The translations under genes and the position numbers were made by a program. The notes under the pieces were generated by a model, which saw nothing but the letters and a program-made list of their open reading frames with translations, was not told where the DNA came from and did not search any database. From assembly GCA_964247055.1 (NCBI GenBank), contig OZ176052.1:11284001-11348000 (forward strand): a DNA stretch of 64,000 nt, written 5' to 3'. The stretch is from Paragordius varius (lineage: Eukaryota; Animalia; Nematomorpha). Position 1 is the first letter of the stretch; each line of letters begins with the position of its first letter. Of this stretch, positions 1 through 13,900 are shown piece after piece.

Positions 1-277
1 CCAAAATGATATGCTTGTAAATACCAAAAATAGACGAACGTTTAAAATTATAATTTTACCTACCCCCCAAAAAAATATTTTGTCTTTCACTTTTAATATA
101 ACCATTCAATTACAATGGTAAAACCTGTAATTGAATGTTTTTCAAATTGATATTTTTATTCCTTGTTGCTCCACCTAAAACGATAGGTTGAGTATATTAA
201 AAAACTTATATATAATATTATACATATACTACTTTTTATGCCATAATTTTATTTTTTTCTATAACAAAATAAAATAG

Positions 278-2330
278 ATTCGCAGTCAGTGGATACTCTA
301 ATAATTCACCAGCCAGCAATTATGATTCGGTTAGTATGGGTGGTGTCCCTCTTTCCCCAACACATCCTTCTTTTTTTGTTAACAACGCAAACGATGAATC
401 AATCAATAATACCAATTCGTCATTTATTGGTGAGTACATAGTTACTTTTATACTCAAAGTTTTTTTTACTTCAAAATATGGTAAAGAGCTTCAAACATAT
501 TGAGAAATTTTTAACAGAAAATAATAAAAAATTTGTCAGATAATTTATAGTTTATTAGTTTTTTAGTGGTTTAGATGAATATTTATTCAGTAAGGGGTGG
601 GGGTAGTGTTTCAAAAAATGATTGGTATACGTGTTTATGTAAGCAGAAACAATCGAAAACAATGGTTTAACCAATTAAATGTGGCTATTTTAGCTATAAT
701 TTTAAGCCCAGTGTTATTTCCATTCATATCCGAGATTTTCCAGTTTTTCGCAAATTTTTATTTCCATTTTTATTTAGATACGAATAATAATTTAACAGGC
801 ACAGCAGCAACCTTAGCTAATACAACTCCCCTCGCAGCAAACATTTCCAATAATAACGCAAAAGGCAAAGGACAATTACCCATACATCTTTTGGGGAAGC
901 AACACACCCTAACTCAAATACCTTCAAGTCAACATCACACTTTTAGCATAAACAATAATAACGCTAATCAATCACTTATGTTTGAGGGGAGCTCTAACCT
1001 TGGAAATTATCAAACTATCCATGGTGGAGCTTCTGGTGCTACACCATACTATGCCGGGATGAGTGCACATTCTCCTGGGAATAGTAATTTATTTTTCGAA
1101 TCTCTAATTCAATTCAATCTGTATATCTATCATTGAAAAGCCGTTAAAAGATTATTTTTTTAAAAACTGTGGTGGTTTTAGATGGTATAAAACGGTGTTA
1201 ATTTATTACTCATTAAAACGTTAAATCTCTACATTGTTAAAAATGCTGCTAACATAATCACTTATCGATTATATACTTTATTGCGTACTTCTGTTATGTT
1301 TTTCATTGATATACGGTTTTAGGAATTTTTTATAAGAGAGCTAGGCTTAAACGGCTCTTGTTTTTTAACGTATATTAAATTAATTGGCTTATAATGTTCG
1401 GCTACATAAGTTGTGGAATCGTTGTCTTTATTACATGATAACAGAGTAGGCGCCTTGACTGGTTTAAAAGAATGTGGTATGTCTCTCTTTTTTATTTACC
1501 TAGAAATTCTAATGAATATTGGTGGTATCAGTAATTTGGATTACGAATAGAGCTTTTGATTATATGATTTTCAACATTCTCAACCAAAATAAAATATATT
1601 ATATCATTATTTGCTTATTTACAATATTAATTATGCATATGTTTTAAATAACATACATTATACAATAGTGTCTGGTGGTGGTGTGGTAAGTAGCAAACCT
1701 CGATCACTTCGATTCACTTGGAGCATGAAAACGACATCTGCCATGGACCCGAATGACATTATGAGGGAAATTCGCAAAGTCTTGGATGCCAACAATTGTG
1801 ATTACGAGCAACGAGAAAAGTATCTTTTGCTCTGTTCTCATTCCACCGGTTCAACCAACACCACTAATACCGCCGCACTAGACAATTTAGGTCAGTTTTG
1901 AATTGTTATACTTTTGATTTCTCTAAATGTTATATTTATTACTATTTTTTATTGTTATTTGCCCAAATTGTGTCCTAACTCGTAAAACGTATTTAACAAT
2001 TGTATGTACTAAAATAAAGATATAATAATATCGTTTACTATTCTGAATTGCGAATACACTTTAGCTTTATGTGTTCAAATTTTAATTATTTTCCCTCACA
2101 AAATCAAAATAGGTATGAGCGCTAGTACACATTATGGTGGCCATCATCATTATGGGGGTGGAATTAATAGCGGTAATATCCCAGGATCCAATAATATGGT
2201 TCAATGGGAAATGGAGGTTTGCAAACTCCCTCGACTCTCAGTTAATGGTGTTCGTTTCAAACGGATATCTGGCACATCGATCGCCTTTAAAAACATCGCT
2301 TCCAAGATTGCGAATGAATTGAAATTGTGA
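278..2330 (+). CDS. par-1: MARK/PAR-1 serine/threonine kinase, last four coding exons incl. KA1 domain (5' part outside window)
   Basis: Exons 278-429, 778-~1083, 1669-1890, 2113-2330 join in phase at GT-AG. They encode [41 protein letters not shown] and [43 protein letters not shown], the near-invariant MARK KA1 C-terminus. Confidence 0.95.
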
Positions 2331-3659
2331 TCATTCATCAATGTTTGATTGTTACTCAATCAAACAGCATCATCAAAAATTAGGCTTTAATCAGTATGTT
2401 GTTTTAAATTTAGTTATTGGAAAATTATACCCTTATGTACTTGTTAATGATAATAAATATCTGTATTTTCATCCCATATCTTTAGAAAATCAATGGATAT
2501 TTTTCCATCAATCCTTGCTTAAGCTACACTCTCATCCTTATCAAATAAGCTAATATAGATGTCACACATTAAAATCAAAAAACAAGGAAAAAGATAAAGA
2601 ATCAATCTTTTTCATATTATAATATTTGTTTTCTCCTGCATTTTAAATTATATAAATCAATACTTACTACAATAGTTTGTCTATTTATTTCAAAAAAATA
2701 TATTTTCACATCTCTCTATCTATCTATCTATATTTAATATTTTTAATTGGAGAATAAGATATTTATATATATGACAATTTGTGGATATTTTGCCAATTCC
2801 TTACGCTTCTCTATCTATAAATACACTTACTTATATCAATTTTATTTTTATACATTATGGCATTTTCGGAACACATGCACATAATATGTATAGCATATTT
2901 ATCTGGTATACCGTATGATAAGTTGTTTTGGTTAAACTGTAAAATCAAATTTTAGCTAATATCTAAATTTATATATATTTTTTGAAAAAAACCTTCTCTC
3001 TCATTACAGCTTTAATTGACTGACGCATATTAATTAATTTAATTCTTATTTAACTTACTTTCATTTAGTTTATGTTGTGGTTAAAACAGGCACGCCAATA
3101 TAAAGAATGTCAAATTATTCCTTACAAAATGTATTAAAAAAATTAAATATATATCCCTCAAACTAATAAGGTGACTGAAAAGTATAAAATATCTTTGATA
3201 TGTAAAACACATTAAAAATAATCCACACGTTCACAACCAATCTATAATTTGATTCGATATAACAATGTGTAACAGCGCCTATAAAAATTATCTAAATTGG
3301 CTTACAAAACCATATGTTACGATAGTTCACCTATATACATAATTCACGTTTTATTTAATATTTTTTCTCATGTTTATTTTTTTATTTTTCATGATGTCCG
3401 TTTAATGAAATAAATTGCAATCTATTCCATGAATTACTTTAATTTTATGTTAATTATGTGTCCAATTTTTTTTAAAGATTGGTATAATTGATAATTCGTT
3501 GATTCTCAATAAAAATATTCAAATACCGTGTGAATTAATAATCCATTTTAAGAATTATTATCATGTCTTGTATGATTGTGAATGACATATATTTAATAAA
3601 AATAGTATAAATCACAACACCCCTTCAAAATGGAGTGGGGTTTAATTTATTCTAGATGC

Positions 3660-4640
3660 GGAAATCCGTTGAATTCAACCACATTACGTGCAAGAAGAAT
3701 CGCGCATCTGTGCAACGCCTGCATTATCCTCTGATCACCAGATAATTTGATCCACAACAAATCATTTCCAATCTCTTCCGGTTCGGATTGCCATCCTATT
3801 CAATGTTTGTATCGAAACTACCGATTTTTCACGCTCCTTGAGAGATTTCGCGGAAACTAGACCAAATTTGCTGGTGACTCTTTTTGGTAAGATGGCACGG
3901 CAGCCTATAAGCACCCAAAACTTTGTTAAATCCATCGCTAACCAATACCCGTTTTTAGCGTTCGAATCTTGGCTTTAGCTTTATTATTAGACTACGTACG
4001 CCCGTTACATACATGATTTTTTGAACAACACATTTTTGAACTTTTGCGCGGTAAATTGCCGTCCAATATCCTACACCAACGGACGCGATATTTCAAAGGT
4101 TTAGCGCTCCCACGGTTGTCCACCTAATTCATCACCGTACATACCTCGGCCTACCTCCTACAGGCGTTCACTATAGCTAACCAGTAAAATTTAAACTTAG
4201 TCCCAAAATTTTTACGTCAAACGCCTCGGTTCCCCCTCGCACAGCTTTTGCATCTCTGCCAAATTCACAACGTCTGAATAGTAACTATTCCACCGCACAT
4301 GGAATCCGATCGATTGGATTCCAAGGTGCCCAACATTCAATACATCAGCTATTTCTGCAAACTTTTTTAAAATGCGGCCATTCCACATTATCACCCTAAA
4401 TCATCCCAGTCCCAGCTTGTGCCGCTAATAGAAAATTTTCGTTCTTTCATCCATGGAGGATAGCTTGCGTTACCTTTCGCGATTCTGCATCTCATTCAAG
4501 ACCGTATCTTTTTTGGGACGTTAAGCTAAGCGCATGATTCGAAAGCTAAAAAGTCGGTATTGGACAGATCGTTAAACTAAGTGTTGGGAACGTTTTTAGG
4601 GCTGGTGTTCGCGAAAAAGTTATGGACTTAAGGCATTCGT
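3660..4640 (-). mobile_element. Decayed Ty3/Gypsy LTR retrotransposon integrase fragment
   Basis: GC-richer island. Minus-strand translation with stops and frameshifts gives IADVLNVGHLGIQ...LCE (Zn-binding-like), YWLAIVNACRR*AEV, FEISRPLV*DIGRQFTAQKFKN and AY..SNNKAK, matching the integrase core motifs LxxVDxxSKWxE, FGxPxxLVSDNGxQFT and YHPxSNGxAE. Confidence 0.75.
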
Positions 4641-4643
4641 TAA

Positions 4644-4728
4644 GTGCGAAACTCCCTCGACTTACAGTTAATGGAATTCGTTTCAAAAGTGTATCTGGTA
4701 CATAGATTGCCTTTTATATTGCCTCTAA
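4644..4728 (+). pseudogene. Degenerate fragment homologous to the MARK KA1 terminal exon
   Basis: Aligns to 2220-2306. Reads KLPRLTVNGIRFKSVSGT*IAFYIASN versus [28 protein letters not shown], with an in-frame TAG and a 3-nt deletion. Confidence 0.8.
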
Positions 4729-4914
4729 CCAATAGACTTTGGATAATTAGTTGTTGATTAAATCTGGTTTCAAAACATATCTGGAAAACAAATTTATAGT
4801 GTGCGATTAAGTCGTAATGACCGAAATTTTAATCAATCCATTAAGGGTAATACCAAAATAAATAAATAGAAAAAATTTATTGGTAATTTTTATTATATCA
4901 ATTTAGAGATAATA

Positions 4915-7900
4915 TTAATTGGCAGTTTGCCTGCCTTTTTTCTTCATACTCAAGGCTCGACAAATTCTTTTCTTCACTTTTTTAGCTGAATCTTCTTGTT
5001 TGTCAGCAAGTCGTTTCATAGATTTTTTGTGTTTTGTTACACGTTCAACCATCGCTTGTCGTTTTTTCTCCATTTTTTGGGCGTGGACGAATTGAGCAAC
5101 TTTCATTAATCGATTGATCTTGAACATATTTTAAAATTATAATGAATAAAATGAATAAAAAAAGTTTTATTATAAAATTAACTTCTTTATTGAAATTCGG
5201 CTTATAACTCAATAATAACCGTAAACACTTTTAAATGTGTTCAATTAAGGTAATAATTAAGTTTATAAATATAAAATGTTGTAGTTATGTAAAAAATTTA
5301 ATCAAATTGGTTTTTTAGCGTAAGAAAACCATAAAAAAATTAGATAAAAAATATAATTTTTTTACTGATTAATTTAAAATGATCTAATTACGGTCATAAA
5401 ACAAAACGGAAGGTAGCAAAAGAAAAAGTATAAAACTATTTAATGGATAAAGTAATTAATATTAAATGTGTCCATACCTCGATTTCGCCATCATCCTCTA
5501 AATGATCAATTTCTTTGAATGTTTTTTTTATATCTCTATCAACATTTTGTTGCATTACATTACTGTTATCGTGTTCGTCTAGCTCATCATCATTTTGATT
5601 GTTTCGTCTTGTTGAAGGGATGACTTTAAGTGGCACATTTTTGATAGAAACAATTCTATTATTCATAGATGTTATATCAAATTTAATTATTACATAAAAA
5701 ATATGTCTATATGAAATTTTTTTTCCTCATTTACTTTTTTTGTTTTGTCCTGCTCCTGATAATTTAGAGAATTAACTGTACATTATATATAATTCAAAAT
5801 ATAAATTAAGAAATGCTAATATATACTTTTCTGGCGCAGTACTGGCTTCTCTGGCCTTAAGCATAGCAACGCGTTCAGAAAATGGTAAACTTTTCTCCAA
5901 AGCTGGTGGTATAACCAATGGTTTAACTTGATATTCTTTACGTTGTATATCCTATTCGTTTAAAAAGTATTTTTTTGAAAAAAAACAAGATAAAAGATGC
6001 AATGCATTTCTTCCTTAAATATGTCGGTAAATACTCTTTTATAAATAAGAGACTTTTAATGTAGCATTCTTTGCAAACAACTTTGAGTATCCGATTATTG
6101 TGTGAGTTTTGTTAAATTGTTTACCTTATAATAAATAAATTATATATAATAACATATTCTATTGTATTTTAATTTGTAGCATGCTTATTTTGTAATTATT
6201 CAAATTTATTGTATTCAGCTAACCGTGTATAAAAACTATTTTTAAATATTATATATCTCATTGTTTATATAAACCATGTAAATTACTATTATTTACCGAT
6301 TGGATTTTACGAAAAAGAAAAAGGTGCCTGTTTTTATTTTAATCATAATATAAAAAATGGTAACACCCTATGATTTCACCACCGGATAATTTATAACCCA
6401 AAAATAAAATATTTGCATGGAATCCTAAATTTCTCCAACTAAAACGATAAAAACTATTTTACGATTTTTTTCATCACCAATATCTTTTTTACAATACAAA
6501 TAATAAATAAAAAATATATAAGTAACGTTAACCTATAATTAATTTTTTTACGAATAAAATAATCGAAAAATGGGTGAAAAATTATACTTTATAAACACTA
6601 TCAGTATTGTAATTGGCTTTTATGCCTTGTTCGTAACGCATTTGACCCACAGTTCGCATTCCTTGCCAATGATCTCTATCGTTAACGGGTATAAGGAGAT
6701 TACAAACTGGGAAATATAGTTTGGGAATATCGACATGTGCCCACGTGCGTATAAAAACAATATCTATACATTCATTAATTGTATATCATTGGATGAATTA
6801 ATTTGTTTTGTCCAAAAAGTAGACCTATTGATAAGTTATTTATGACATTTTTATAAAAAAAACTTTTTTATAAAAATTGAGTAAAAGCAATCACGTTAAA
6901 GATTTATATAAAAATCAAAAAGTATGTTTCATAGTATAAAAGTCTAGATCTGGGGATAAATTTTATTATTTATCGTTCAATAACATAATAATTAGCAAAT
7001 TAAAATATAAACAATTTTAAACAGCACATAGTAAACAGTAATTCTATATTACAAATAAATAAAAAATGCATTCTGAAAATAATTGTTACTAATAGTATTA
7101 ATATAAAGTCGTATATAATAATTAATGTATTTAGTTAATTAATAACTAACAATTATCAAGATAAAATGCGTGCAAAAAAGTCGATATTTACATAAAAAAT
7201 CCGACATAATAATCATTTACCAAAAACAAAGCAAAAATTTAATTTCAAAATAAACCTGCCATAGTGATTTGATCTTCAAACGTACACCGCACTGCACCTG
7301 GGGGTGTTGAAAGACCCCTTTTTATTTGACCTCTTATGCCAGAAACTGTGCGTATTAGGGCACCTTCAAATTTGGCAGCTTCTAATGAACTATTAAATAA
7401 TCCCTGCAGAAAATAAAACGTAAGATGGATGAAAACATTCGTTTTTTATTTATCAATATATTTTGTAAAAGGAATTTAATTTATAAGTACTTGACAGTAT
7501 AATTAATGAAATATGTTATGCTTAGTTGAGTATTATTTAAGAAGAAAGGTAAAATATATATTTAAAAAATTAAGTTTTTATAATATAAAGGAAAAATTCT
7601 AAATGTAAAAGCTAAAGTCACCTAATTTGTTAAAATTTTTTTTATATAACGACTATGAAATGCGTTGTTAATATATAATCGAGAGTCTCTTAACCACATA
7701 TTATAGATAAGTCATACATGTTATATACAACTAAAGAATTGGAAAGGAGATTAATTTTTAAAATAAATTAGTTTTAAATTGCAATATTATATTAAACGCG
7801 CCTTGTCTCAAATTTTACTATATCAAAAGGTAATTTGTTTCAAACCAAAATAATATACGTATAAATTTTAACCTTTACAAAGGCTGTTTTCTTGAAAATT

Positions 7901-10900
7901 TTTATCGGTTCACCGACAAGTTTTAATTTTTTGGTTATGTTTGTGGATTTGTTTAGATTTAAGACTACGCCTGTAAGTGAGATGCGGAAATTTTTGACAC
8001 CGTTTGATAAATTTTGTATTCCCAATATACCTATGTATCAATATATAACTTATGGATATATTAAAGGCTATAACTAAAATAACACAACTAACAATGCTAA
8101 AATCAATATAAAATATTTTTTATTTATAGTACCTTTTTTGAAAAGCCCACAAGTGAAACAAAATTGTTTTTTAAACGACAAATGTTGTTTTTGACATAAA
8201 AACTTTGAGTTAAAATATATGAAAAAAGGTCGCTTTGGAAGGTTAGAATTTTGTTTTTGCATGTTAAAATGTTGGCTTTGGTTGACAAAGCGTTCGTTGT
8301 TTTCAATGAAAAAATGTTGCTTTAAAAATAAAAAAAAAAGGTATAAAATTTACCCGTATTTTGAGGGCACATAGGGCCATAAAACGTAGCTAAGCAATGT
8401 AGATTTTTTGGAGTGTATTTAAGCATTCGATCTCTACCGCTGTGATCTTGTTGCGAGTATACAAGGCAAGTTTGATATCTGCGCCAACCACTGGATATAA
8501 CTAAAGGGTCCCTCGTTTTCAAAATGCGTTCAAACCATCTGTGTTTTTTAACGCGGGCCTAAAAGAGCAACACACATATAATATGGATATTTGGAAACTT
8601 TTTTCGAGATGAAAAAAAGACTTATAAAAACATTGTTTACATACAAGGATATTTGATAATATGTGTACATTATCCAAAAACAATCATGTATCCTGTTGAT
8701 ATGAATATTGTAATATATTATACAAATTTAGGATTTCATAATAAATAATATTTAAAAGAGTTTTTATTGACTTGTTCAAAAATTATTAATTACTAAAAGA
8801 GATCAGTATATACTTTCAATCAATTATCAGTGAAACTTAAAGCTAAGACTGTTAAATTCATAAATTTCTACATACCTGTATATAACCATGACTAAATTCA
8901 TTGGTTGAAGCTAAGCCTCCTAGTATAACTGGGTAAGTTTCGTCTTTAAAATTAATAAATTCGGGGGATATTCCTGAGATTTCGCATCTCACATACATAC
9001 CTGGTCTATGGCCTTCATACTTACACCTAATATCTTCGTCCAGACCATCAAATACTGATCTAATAAATTTTTAAACAACAATATATAGGTATACAAAGAT
9101 TAGGATATATTTTTACTTTATATTAAATAGATATCGATATTCAACATATCCAATGATTTATGTTTCCTTATATACAAGGTCTTATTGATAAAATTTAATA
9201 TTATAATCTTCAAAATAAAGGTTTATAAATATATGAAAAATTAGATTTTGTCCGGTATTATAAAATATATGTTTTATATTTATTAAGCACAATGAAACCG
9301 GTATTTATAAGCACCTATTTAGTTTATCACATTTTAATTAACCTTTTAATATAATATTTAATCTTTACGGATTTTTTCGCAAAAAATATTGTGTATTCTT
9401 ATACCAAAACTAGTCGACAACATGATAGAAATAACGATGTATGATTCTTTTGAGGTATTCGTGTTATCACATACACATATATTCTATTAAAAAAAGACTT
9501 TATATAGATAGTACTTTTAATATTTTATTTGGCGGAAATTAATTATCCATTTAAATGAGAATAAAATCTACTTATAAAATTAGTAACGTTTCGATACGCC
9601 CTCTATACTTGTTAATTTTTTTGTAAAAAAAACAAAAATAAATTTACTTGTTAAGAGTGTTTTGTTCAGCAACTTGTTCTTTCATATCATTGTAAAACAA
9701 ATTTTTATCACGATCATATATGGCATCAAAGCGTGCCTTCTGTTCCGCTTTTTTGGCTAACAATTCTTGCATTCTACGCTCTCCTACATAATATTATTGA
9801 AAAAATTCATTTTAAAAACATTCAAATAAGTTATTGTTAATTCAGCAAAATAGCGCTACCCAAGCTTGTAGATAATACAATGAGTAAAGTCAATAACCAA
9901 TTTTTAAATGACTTCTGGAATCGATTTTGAAAATAAAATCGTTTAGCTTTAATATAACATCTAAAACAGCGATAACTTACGTCTTGTCTTCCTTTTTTCA
10001 CCGAGTTGTGTTGTTTTTTCATCACCTACATCTTTTTCATCTATAAAATATAATAATATTGTTTTTGGAATTATCTAAGAAAGTATATAAAACATGGTGT
10101 TTTATATGCAATATACTGATATCATCAAAAATCTTAAATTTTAAATGCCCTTTAATGAAAATGATATTATGGACCTACATGTAATCTTGTATGTAAAAAA
10201 ATTTATATCCAACACACCCCCCCCCCATCAGCAGATATATTTGAAATCTAATTTGTTTAAAGCAAAAAAGTGTTTCAAATATGTACTTGTAAAATTACTG
10301 CATCATTCACAAACTACGTTAGACCTTATACATGAACCTCCCGACAATAAACATTTTATCGATCAAAAACATTTTTTTCAGCATACATTTTTTTTCTAAT
10401 TCAAAAACCAGTGAATTCATATAATCTGTTTCGTAAAATATAATGTTTTTAATAAAAAGTTTCCAAATTTTTTTTGCTTTTACTTAATAATTAAAAACGC
10501 GCTAAACTAAACAAAACCATTAGGTGCCTGACCATCTTCTTCCATATCAGAGGAATGTTTGCTGGAATCATCATCAGAGTTATTACTATCAAAGGTATTA
10601 TTATCATTATTATCAGATTGTTGCAATGAATTGTCGGATCCATAACCGTTTTCCATCATATCAATGTCTCCAATGTTATCGCCCATTTTTCGAAAACTTC
10701 CATATGACAGCTTTAAGAAATGATTCCGTAGCAAATTTTGGTTCTAAATATTTGGTAATAACTCATGAAGAAAACCAAAAGAATATATAAAAATTTAGTG
10801 TATTAATACATAAAGATAATAGTATTAGATCATACCTAACTGAAAAATCATATATTTAGTGCGAGTTAAATTTATTGAAAATGCATATAGTGCTCTCAAA

Positions 10901-13900
10901 AACGAGAAATTCTTAAAAAGTTTAATTCAAGATATTAAAACTTAGGTAAGAATTTTAAAAATCAAATTAATATTTTATGATATAAAGCGTTGTATCTAAA
11001 AAGACATATATATATATATGTATATGTGTATATCATCTTTACATACCATAATATCTAACCAATCAGGGAAGGCATTAGTTTGCTCAGAGCTATTCTTTTG
11101 ACATTGATTTTCACCATTTTTGTCTACTTTTACATAATTATTATTCAATCCTCCCCCCCTGTGAGGAATCATTTTATTTTGTTTAAATAGGGCCGCTTGA
11201 ATCATAGGAGTGGATAAGGCTAAATTAACCGATTTCGAGCAATCAAAACCATCAATGGCGTCTGGGTTTAAGCGATGTGTTATGGGACCACCTCGAGTTT
11301 CCCAACCAATTTTCCGTAACTTAAATAAAGGTTCTTCATTATTTTCATTTGCGTCTTTTGCGCCATTTATTTGGCAATTCGCTTGTAACAAGTTTGAAAA
11401 ATGAGGTGAATTTTTCAAGCTGTCTGTCGTAATTTCCACTAATAATGTAAAAAAAAGTATAAAATGGTTTTTAGAGAAAATAGTTGGTTTAATAAAAGGG
11501 GTTGAAATAAAAATTGTTTTTGGTTCTGGTGTCAGTATCGCATAATTTTTTAAAAATACTTGCGGAAAATGTGCGTATTATAATTTACATTCCATTCTAT
11601 TTTAATAAAACTATGATGGTCGAAATAACTGAACCAAGTTTAACTCCTAGATTTATAAACTGGAAAATAATAATATTTTAAATAAAATTGGCAGCAAAAA
11701 TATTTAGAATAAAGTTAACATTGTATAAATAATTGCAATAATAATAAAAATTAATTATTCGAAAACATTACAAAACCATTTTTTCATTCCAAACGGTTCC
11801 GATTCTAATCCTTAATAGTTTTTTGAATGAAAAAAATAAATTGGATTTTAGAAATATAAGCAAAACCATTTTCAAATAAATCTTTTTCCCTCTCGAGTGC
11901 AGCTAGAGTTCGATCATCATCATTATCAACGATATTCTGCAAATAAAAAACAATTTGATAATAAAAAAAGTTAGTTTAAAAAGATTTTTTCAGAAAGGTA
12001 CTGATATAAAAATTACTTTCATTTCAACTTCCACAGTGTTTTGATTAATATCAGCGTTTGGCCCATCACAGATTGATAAAACGGACTTTTTATTGAGTAA
12101 TTGACTACATTTATACAATATGTATTTTAATGGTTGCTTATTTCACACTATATTTGGGCAATTTGCAGCACATTAGTGTATGTTGAATAAAACAATTTAA
12201 TTCATTCTTTTTTCCATACACTATTGTGTTACAAATCGCCCAACTATAGTGTGAAATAAGCAATTATTAAAATGCATACTGAAAATTATATGCAATGTAA
12301 TTATATATATTTATTTCTTAAAAAAAATAAAATTTTATTACAAAAAATACAAAATATGCAAACGTAGTTTGATCTGCTTTAAGTATGTGACTTGATGAAA
12401 ATAGTGATAAACCCATCCCTTGCAATTTAACATCCAAAGGATCAATTTTGTTTGCAGTTAAAGATGTTTCGTTTTCTGAGTCATTCTGGAATATAAAATG
12501 TAATAGTGTATTTGGTTTTAACTTTCTATTTCAATGATAAATATCGAATATATTTTTTATAGTAACTAATGTAGCCCTCTAAAAAAACGTTTAGGCTAAA
12601 TAATATATATATAAGAGGTGGTATTTAATTTAACCATAAAAACTGCATTACTTAGCATTATAAGCGTTTATGTTTAGACCAACCTCACTCTACATTTAGA
12701 GTAAACCATCCATACCTATGCCTTAATATTCGCATCATGACTTTTTTTAAAAAAATTAAATTGATTTGTTTAATTTAATTTAATATTCATTTCTTCAGTA
12801 GAATAAAAAAATTTAATTAAAAATATTTAGATTAAATTTTTTTATAAAATTGGCCCAAGGGTTCAATAATACCCACAATTAATTTGTGTGGGAAGGTGAG
12901 CTTAACTTAAACGATAACTTAAAAATTAGAACTTTATTTAAAAATCAATGCCTGATTATCAGATTAGTATATGGGCGCTCTTTAATTAAAAAACTCATTA
13001 TGCGGTGGATTATTATAAAAATGTAAAAATCGGATATTAATTCATATATATTACATATTTTTCTCAATCAAACTCAAAACTTTTGATAATTTTTAAATCA
13101 AACTCAACATTTCTCAGAAAAACAAACTTAAATAACTAAGAGTTTTATTGAAATAGTGTTAAATTCGAAATAAAAATTGAATTTAAGTTGATGGTATAAT
13201 ATGAATAAATACTTCAAGGTTATTTTGTTCATGCATTTCGCCGCTATTCTCATCGTTAGCTTTTGATGCAGTCCTTGAACTTGCACCGCCATATAAATCA
13301 ATGTATATGGCATCAGTATCGTAAATTAGCCCACCTAAACCACTCATAGGACCATACAATAATCGCTCTTTAGTGTTTAGAGTTCGCCTCCGTTTTTTCT
13401 TAACTGGTCCACTGCTGGTTTTACCATCCGGTTCTGTATTATTGAGATTTTCCTCTAAATGGGGAGTTTCGACATATGGTAAGGGGCATGGGTCTTCAAG
13501 TCTAGTTATTGTATCCAAAGTGAAATCACCCACGCCTAAAAGCGATCAAACATGAAAAAAAGTCTTAAAACATTTATTGATTGGTGTCAAAGTGGAAAAA
13601 TAATTAAGTTTGGTAATATATCACATTTGAGTTGATTATCTGTTAATATGGTGATAATTTAAATTAAGATATCAAGATTGGGGGCATCCGATAAATAGCT
13701 GGAGTGCCGCAATGCTACATTTAATGTTTTTCTTAATCCAATCACAAAAAAATAAAATATTTTATAACCATAATTAACAATAAGATATCACATTTTTTGT
13801 TTTTTAACATTAGAAAAATATTTGCTTACCGCAAAAATAATTGCGGGCTTTAGGTAAAAATTTAACAAAACGTCACAACTGCCAACATAGATCGGTATTT

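Noticed and set aside
597-777. N-terminal part of track ORF 597-1136
   Set aside because: Intronic read-through; the MARK exon starts at the AG ending 777.
8033-8352. Track ORFs 8074-8262 and 8124-8306 as BMS1 exons
   Set aside because: Splicing 8353 to 8031 gives [13 protein letters not shown], gap-free with BMS1 homologues, so this stretch is intron.
12850-12960. GC-richer intronic patch as a possible snoRNA in BMS1
   Set aside because: Only a short stem; no convincing C/D or H/ACA box arrangement.
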